64,000 nucleotides of DNA from the IMG/VR virus record IMGVR_UViG_3300021142_000002, positions 124,001 through 188,000 of that record; one strand, written 5' to 3'. Shown one piece after another: positions 58,606 through 64,000 of the stretch. Below the pieces are notes generated by a model, which searched no databases, was not told the DNA's origin, and saw nothing but the letters and a program-made list of their open reading frames with translations. Positions within the stretch are counted from its first letter, which is position 1, and each line of letters opens with the position of its first letter. The position numbers were made by a program, and so were the translations under genes.

Positions 58606-58971
58606 ATGGAAACAAACACTAAAGAAGTTATTAGTTTAGAACCTGATAAGGTCATTGAGTTTGCACAGCAAACTCGTATTGAAATGATTACCGATGTAAG
58701 CACAGAGGAGCAAAATAAAGTCACTCTGCTTAGAGATTTATCAGCGACTGCATTGACTATTAAACGCCTTAGCACTGATGATAGAAATGCTGCAGCCGAT
58801 AGAGATATTGCTGCGGCTATGGTTACAGCCATTTCTAATTTATCAGCTAATCCTTTTCTATCGCAAAAAGTTATTAGAAGAGATCTAGAAATGCCTGAAT
58901 TACCTCCTGTAGAGCTCGTACCGGATGAAACTTCTACTACCCTGGCTGATCTAACATTTGAGGATATTTAA
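58606..58971 (+). CDS. Conserved phiKZ-like hypothetical protein
   Basis: TQ.TR..MI....LRDL...AL..KR..D; ATG 58606 likely (track uses TTG 58585). Confidence 0.55.
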   Translation: METNTKEVISLEPDKVIEFAQQTRIEMITDVSTEEQNKVTLLRDLSATALTIKRLSTDDRNAAADRDIAAAMVTAISNLSANPFLSQKVIRRDLEMPELPPVELVPDETSTTLADLTFEDI

Positions 58972-59455
58972 GCTTTAAATCGCGCTGTAGTGAGATTATT
59001 TGAATATGACCAATTTCCATTAATAACAGTATAATGGCCCATGGATAATTAAGTAAATCATCTACAATTAGATCAGCCACTTTAGGATTAATAATACCAT
59101 CATCAATATCATGGTGTACTCTATTAAAGGATATGTAAAGATATTTAGCTAAGTCTTTCCATTCTTCTGATGATAGCCCACTCTGTACGCTAAAATCAGT
59201 TGTTAGTTTTATTAACATGTCTATAGCAAGAAACTTATGTTCACTGTTTTTATCTTTTCCATTAGGTAAAGTATAGCCAGTTTCTTCTAGCACTAACATC
59301 AGATCATGTATTCCACCTTTACTGATTTGGACATACTGGCTACTGCCTCTAGCTAAAACCTTTTTAAAATGTTGGTAAAAGAAATAATAGCTTTCGTCGT
59401 GTAAAATGATGTTAGCTAAAATATTTAAAAGCATGTTAATTTGATAATGTTTCAT
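58937..59455 (-). CDS. Hypothetical protein
   Basis: GGAGG RBS before ATG 59455. Confidence 0.6.
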   Translation of the reverse strand: MKHYQINMLLNILANIILHDESYYFFYQHFKKVLARGSSQYVQISKGGIHDLMLVLEETGYTLPNGKDKNSEHKFLAIDMLIKLTTDFSVQSGLSSEEWKDLAKYLYISFNRVHHDIDDGIINPKVADLIVDDLLNYPWAIILLLMEIGHIQIISLQRDLKLKYPQMLDQPG

Positions 59456-59481
59456 AGATTCCTCCAAAAAAGGGTATTAAT

Positions 59482-59513
59482 ATAGGATAGCATACTAATG
59501 TATGCTATCCTAT
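59482..59513. terminator. Hairpin, 14-bp stem
   Basis: ATAGGATAGCATAC-TAAT-GTATGCTATCCTAT. Confidence 0.65.
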
Positions 59514-59518
59514 TATTT

Positions 59519-59845
59519 CTAAAGTTTGTTAATAAATTTAAGAAAATCTTGCTTAGTCGCTACACCTATTTTAGTATCTTGTACCAAACCATCTTTAAAA
59601 GCTAAAGTAGTTGGTAGACTCCTAACACTATAGCTATTAGCAAAGGTAGCATTCTCATCAATATCCATTTTATAAATAGTTAATTTTCCTTCCTTTTCTT
59701 CTGCTATCTCATTTAATGTTTGAGAAAAACTCTTACAGGCACTACACCACGGTGCTGTAAAGAAGACTAAAATTAAACCATCACTTCCTAATACTTTTCT
59801 ATCAGTTTCACCATCATTGATATACTCAATAGACACAGGGTACAC
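59519..59845 (-). CDS. trxA: Thioredoxin
   Basis: FTAPWCSACK, K.DID.N, Y.VRSLPT..FKDG; GTG start with AGGAG. Confidence 0.88.
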   Translation of the reverse strand: MYPVSIEYINDGETDRKVLGSDGLILVFFTAPWCSACKSFSQTLNEIAEEKEGKLTIYKMDIDENATFANSYSVRSLPTTLAFKDGLVQDTKIGVATKQDFLKFINKL

Positions 59846-60233
59846 TCCTTCTTATTGTTCCTTTAAAGTTATCATCATTAATCATTTTAGGTTTAAAGTT
59901 ATGCACATAAATAGGTAAACCTTTACGCTTAGCTATGTTAATCATACTCTCTGAGCCTTTAGATCGTCCATCCCAGATCACAATCACCTGATCAGCAAAG
60001 TTAGCCATTCTATCGTTTCTTATATAGCCAGCTCTTTTACCATGTTTTTCCCAGTCTGCAGGAAATCTTTGAATAGGTATCCAGTTTAATGTAGCCCATT
60101 GCTCACCTAATTTATCAGCCCCATTAGCTGTACCAGAAATGACCTCAGTCACATTAAACCCTGAATTTCTAATAGCATTTTCAATATGTTTAATATCATC
60201 ACAACTTCTACTACCGGCAATAATGGTCTTCAT
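59826..60233 (-). CDS. SLOG-family (DUF2493/YspA-like) protein
   Basis: IIAGSR, VISGTA.GAD.LGE.WA, AG.IRN..MA, WDG.SKGS..MI..A. Confidence 0.8.
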   Translation of the reverse strand: MKTIIAGSRSCDDIKHIENAIRNSGFNVTEVISGTANGADKLGEQWATLNWIPIQRFPADWEKHGKRAGYIRNDRMANFADQVIVIWDGRSKGSESMINIAKRKGLPIYVHNFKPKMINDDNFKGTIRRSVPCVY

Positions 60234-60556
60234 GCAACACTCCATTCTATTAAGTATAATTTAGTATTTTCTTTTACATTAAAAAAGTAAACAACATTGC
60301 CAAATACCTTACTTTCTTTAAACCATTGTTTAGTATTATAATCAAAGGTTAAAAAGTGTTTTGATCCATCACTTAAAATAACATTATACTCACCTGATTG
60401 CTGTGGTAATTTAAACCCATGTCTTTCTACATAGCTAGATTTCTTACTAGCGACTTGTATTTCAAACCATCGCCTATCTCTTATTAAAGTATTAAAGTCT
60501 TTATCAGAAAGTCTATTAACAAAATAAGATAATATCTTAAGTAGGGTTATTTGCAT
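60230..60556 (-). CDS. Hypothetical protein
   Basis: 108-aa ORF. Confidence 0.5.
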   Translation of the reverse strand: MQITLLKILSYFVNRLSDKDFNTLIRDRRWFEIQVASKKSSYVERHGFKLPQQSGEYNVILSDGSKHFLTFDYNTKQWFKESKVFGNVVYFFNVKENTKLYLIEWSVA

Positions 60557-61253
60557 CAGTCGTTTCCTGTTTAATAGGTAATTTAAATGACATATCTCCC
60601 AGTGGCATTATTTCTAAATCAAACATAATGTTAAAAGCTCTTTTTATTAACTTAATACTTTCATTATCATACCTTTTATCTACATGTTCTTTAACTGTTT
60701 TATAAGGTATAATACAGCCAACGTTAGGCATTCTAAAATGCTTAAATAACTCTTGATGGTATTGAAACCATTCATCAAAGTCATAAAGCATAAACTTATC
60801 AAAAGTCTTTTTAATAAACTCTGGCTTTAAGTCTTTAGAGTGTAAATGAACATGATATAATGTTTTAATATCCCAAATGTATTTTAAACCACTAAATAGC
60901 TCTAATAGATCTTCTTTAGGCAAAACATAGGGATAGGTATTAATAGTGATAACAAAATCAATGGCTTCAGGATGAGTAGGATTAGCTTTAGACATGGCAA
61001 CCCTATCTCGGATAATATCAACAATGTTTGTTTTTTTACTCGACTTTAAAATAGATAGATCCCTAGACTCATATCTTTCTTTAACTTTATCATCATCTAT
61101 TGCTGGATGTAGTAAAGATAAATAATTATGATTTCTTTCTAAGTAATCAGCTTTAGCCAGTGGTATAGCCCAATCTGGATTAATATCTATAACTGTAGAA
61201 AAGTAAGTGTCAAATAAACAATCAATATTAATCAATAGTTTACATTCTTCCAT
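60537..61253 (-). CDS. Conserved phiKZ-like hypothetical protein
   Basis: LINID.LFDT...INTYPY.L...YDF.EW pattern. Confidence 0.55.
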   Translation of the reverse strand: MEECKLLINIDCLFDTYFSTVIDINPDWAIPLAKADYLERNHNYLSLLHPAIDDDKVKERYESRDLSILKSSKKTNIVDIIRDRVAMSKANPTHPEAIDFVITINTYPYVLPKEDLLELFSGLKYIWDIKTLYHVHLHSKDLKPEFIKKTFDKFMLYDFDEWFQYHQELFKHFRMPNVGCIIPYKTVKEHVDKRYDNESIKLIKRAFNIMFDLEIMPLGDMSFKLPIKQETTDANNPT

Positions 61254-61257
61254 AAGG

Positions 61258-62064
61258 TTACTTCATTAAACAATGATAAACTTTATTAAAGTTAGCAATT
61301 CTCATGTCAACATTATTTTCACCCCCATTAGTGATCTTAGTAACTTCTTTAATAACGGCAATAGTGCTGCCTTTATCACAGACCTTCCATAAGTCTTCTT
61401 TATCAAAAAAGAAACCAGCCGCTTCTAACGGATACTTAGTGGCTACTAAGTCAGGATTAGCTACTAAGTTTACACCTAGTTTTTTACCTAATAATTCATA
61501 CCAATGTTTAAAGGTTAATTGAATGTCGCCCCTACCACGGTATTTATAACCATCACCGCTGGATACGTCGCCATTACCATACTTGTTAGCATAAACTAAA
61601 TTAGCGATGGCTTGTGGCTTATGAGCATATTTGTTAGCTACTTCTAATGTATGAAAATAATGAGGAAAGATCTTCATTAATCCTTCAGCACTGTAATTAA
61701 GATTCTCCACACAACAAGAAAAGTTTCCAGTTTCTTCCATACATTGAGATAAGAAATGACTGACTCTAATATTAGTCATTACATTATCTTTAAAGATATT
61801 AGGTAAAGCTTCTAATACTCTATCAGGTACTACACCTTTTAATTTAGTTAAATCTACTTTATCATTACCCACTTTATTTTCCTCTGATATTAATTTAAGC
61901 CATTGTTCATTGCTAACAATGCCATCTTGTTTATAGCCATTTTCTTTTTGCCACTGTATTACTAAACGTTGTGTTACACCACCAAAATAACCAGAAGGTG
62001 CAATACCTAATAGTTTTTGCAGTCTAACAATATCTGCCCCATTATTGCCTTTCTTTAATTCCAT
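61258..62064 (-). CDS. Endolysin: peptidoglycan-binding domain + GH19 lysozyme
   Basis: LKKG..G..I..LQ.LL..G.FG..T...V..WQ...DG.V; FL.Q..EE.G.F..ENLNYS..GDG.KYRGRG.IQLT. Confidence 0.88.
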   Translation of the reverse strand: MELKKGNNGADIVRLQKLLGIAPSGYFGGVTQRLVIQWQKENGYKQDGIVSNEQWLKLISEENKVGNDKVDLTKLKGVVPDRVLEALPNIFKDNVMTNIRVSHFLSQCMEETGNFSCCVENLNYSAEGLMKIFPHYFHTLEVANKYAHKPQAIANLVYANKYGNGDVSSGDGYKYRGRGDIQLTFKHWYELLGKKLGVNLVANPDLVATKYPLEAAGFFFDKEDLWKVCDKGSTIAVIKEVTKITNGGENNVDMRIANFNKVYHCLMK

Positions 62065-62073
62065 TTTATTCTC

Positions 62074-62739
62074 CTAAACGTTAGAGTCTAAATGCATTCC
62101 TAATAATAAAGCTTTTAAAGTTTCTGTACTCGTTGGTCTAGAATTTAATTCTTCTAAATTCTTTAAACTGACTTCACCCGTATCTAGAGTTGATCGTTTA
62201 TATTCTCTAAAGGCTAATTCATTGCCACCTCGAATATTAATCAATTCTTGAATACCTCGTTTTAATCCCATAGACTCTAAGTTCATAATTTCAGGTAGTG
62301 ATAGGCGACTGGATTTACTAGCACCTGCTGGCTGTCCCGTTAATGCATCTACAAAGGCACTACTTTCTACCACAGACTTACCCTTACTAACATGTTGAGA
62401 TTGTCTTCTACAGGGTAAATCTAATATTAGATACTTTTCAGGCGTTAAATACTTTACACCTGTTACTGGGTCAATCATCCATAATTGTTGAAATAAATCT
62501 AATCCTAATTCATCCGCTACCTTTAATGCATTGTTAACAGGTACATCTTTAGCTGATATATTGGCAGAGTAATATGGCAATACAATTTCTTCATCAGCTA
62601 ATTTATCCATTAACTCACCAAAGGCTTCATCAGACAGTGAGTTAAAATGTGTTTTATACATTTGAGTATTTTTATTGCCTGGGAGTAGTTTTTCTATTAA
62701 ACCTAAAAACCACTCAGTCAGTTCTTTTCGATTACTCAT
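62074..62739 (-). CDS. vRNAP beta C-terminal subunit (phiKZ gp149-like)
   Basis: DALTGQP.G.SK.S.LS.PE..L...ELINIRGG; start 62739 by ATGA overlap. Confidence 0.8.
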   Translation of the reverse strand: MSNRKELTEWFLGLIEKLLPGNKNTQMYKTHFNSLSDEAFGELMDKLADEEIVLPYYSANISAKDVPVNNALKVADELGLDLFQQLWMIDPVTGVKYLTPEKYLILDLPCRRQSQHVSKGKSVVESSAFVDALTGQPAGASKSSRLSLPEIMNLESMGLKRGIQELINIRGGNELAFREYKRSTLDTGEVSLKNLEELNSRPTSTETLKALLLGMHLDSNV

Positions 62740-63038
62740 GATAACATTCCTGTATCCGCTAGTAAATAAATCCAATTACTTTCAAAGGCTTGAATATAGG
62801 CTTCAATACTTTCAGCCTCACATAACCAGCATCTAATTTCGGTTGTATTTTCAATATGAATTAAATGCTTTCGCCAAAAGTTATTAATGTATTTAATTTG
62901 CTCTCTTGCCGTTAATCCATCCATGGTGACTTCTCTGCCACCTGCATCACGGTCTAGCAATGCATTAAAATTAACAGCAGCTTCCAGCCCCATTACCTTA
63001 TTAATAACAAGGTAACTCTCTTCAACAATGTCATTCAT
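62736..63038 (-). CDS. Conserved hypothetical protein
   Basis: 100-aa ORF between UvsX and vRNAP subunit. Confidence 0.55.
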   Translation of the reverse strand: MNDIVEESYLVINKVMGLEAAVNFNALLDRDAGGREVTMDGLTAREQIKYINNFWRKHLIHIENTTEIRCWLCEAESIEAYIQAFESNWIYLLADTGMLS

Positions 63039-63045
63039 AAAATAC

Positions 63046-64000
63046 CTAGCTATTAAGTTTATGTTTAAATTCTTTTTTATAAGTTACTTTATCATCATTT
63101 AACCAATAGGGATGATATAAACCTTTTCTCATTCTAAGAAGATCTAAAGTCGTTAATTGAGGTAATTCAAATTGTTCATACTCTTTAAACGTCCACCATG
63201 ACCGAGTATTTAAAAGTATGGACCAATCATAGCCTAATGATTTTAGATCAGTGTAGAGCTCTTGAGGCGTACACATGAGGTCATCTGGAAGAGTAGCCCA
63301 CAATTCTTTAATTTGTAACATCTCAGAAGTAATCTCTAATGCTCTTTGCAAGAATGCATTACTATCAATAATGTTTCTAACAGTTGTTCTTTGTATTTTT
63401 ACATCAGGTAATAAAGATAATGAATAACTAGTGTTATTACCTTCAAATCCAAAACGACCACTTTCTTTAATATAATGGAACATAGAAAGATGAGGCAGTA
63501 CACCTTCTCTTTGCGATAGAATTAAATCAACTACAGCACCTGATGGACCACCTTTATTACGTGTTAGTTTTAGGGTAACAATCGTTAAATCAGTACAATC
63601 AGGTAGTCTATCGGATTCAATAGCAGGATAGAGTACGCCTGTGCCATAATCTTTATTGTTAAGCATATTGGCATTAAAGATTTCATACAATGCATTATTA
63701 ATAAATTCAAAGGCTTTAGTAGTACCCGTTACTTTACTACCTTTTTTAGCAAACATGAGTTTATGCTTTTTGGGAGCCATCATGCCCATTTCAAATTCAT
63801 CGCCTACATGGGCTGTCATCAAAAAATGCATGGATGCATTAGCGGCCATATTAGGCAACTGAGTAATCAATTGCTTTTTAGCTCCGCCTTGTCTCATCCA
63901 TAAAATGTTCATGCCACTGTCACCAATACTGTTTTTATCAACAATACTTTCTTCATTATTGGTTACTTTTAATTCTGATAATGAATCAATAACGGATATA
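63046..64000 (-). CDS. uvsX: UvsX/RecA-like recombinase (phiKZ gp152-like), 5-prime truncated by the window edge
   Basis: Frame stays open to the edge and includes VIDSLS (Walker B); TAHVGD, RNK.GPSG, SQ.EG.LP.LS.FHY. Confidence 0.82.
   Translation of the reverse strand, partial: ISVIDSLSELKVTNNEESIVDKNSIGDSGMNILWMRQGGAKKQLITQLPNMAANASMHFLMTAHVGDEFEMGMMAPKKHKLMFAKKGSKVTGTTKAFEFINNALYEIFNANMLNNKDYGTGVLYPAIESDRLPDCTDLTIVTLKLTRNKGGPSGAVVDLILSQREGVLPHLSMFHYIKESGRFGFEGNNTSYSLSLLPDVKIQRTTVRNIIDSNAFLQRALEITSEMLQIKELWATLPDDLMCTPQELYTDLKSLGYDWSILLNTRSWWTFKEYEQFELPQLTTLDLLRMRKGLYHPYWLNDDKVTYKKEFKHKLNS

Noticed and set aside
58539-58832. Minus-strand 97-aa ORF
   Set aside because: It is antisense to the conserved-looking plus-strand gene 58606-58971.
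1-64000. CRISPR array or tRNA genes
   Set aside because: No regularly spaced direct repeats with unique spacers and no cloverleaf seen by eye; tRNAscan was not run.
1-64000. Stop-codon reassignment, as seen in some jumbo phages
   Set aside because: Core genes are full length in the standard code, and TAA, TAG and TGA all end genes.

Overview
A 64-kb, AT-rich (roughly 30-33% GC by eye) segment of a phiKZ-like jumbo phage genome (Chimalliviridae-like, probably nucleus-forming). The core genes are a family-B-like DNA polymerase, PhuZ tubulin, terminase large subunit, baseplate/structural block, tail sheath and tube, prohead protease, three virion RNA polymerase (vRNAP) subunits, a gp181-like tail protein with a lysozyme domain, a GH19 endolysin and a partial UvsX/RecA. 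NrdJb, DHFR, dCTP deaminase, thioredoxin and a SLOG protein are also present. phiKZ gene-number equivalences come from recalled motifs and synteny, not from a database search. Main observations: (1) two closely related group I introns interrupt the adjacent vRNAP beta and beta-prime genes at their conserved GDK and DFDGD motifs, with an identical exon junction GGTGAT^AAAGTC. One carries an HNH endonuclease behind an early-type promoter; the other keeps only an apparent C-terminal remnant of one. (2) A 96-bp promoter/hairpin/RBS cassette occurs in 2 near-identical copies plus 1 diverged copy, each driving a different GC-rich orphan gene in a hairpin-bounded module. (3) There is a family of long loop-less palindromes, 6 centred on CCTAGG, with compensatory changes. 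(4) An early-promoter-like motif occurs 11 times, always on the minus strand. (5) The tail sheath carries inserted Thr-rich fibre-like modules. (6) Two proteins consist of NUMOD1-like repeats with no visible nuclease domain. No tRNA, rRNA or CRISPR array was recognised by eye.
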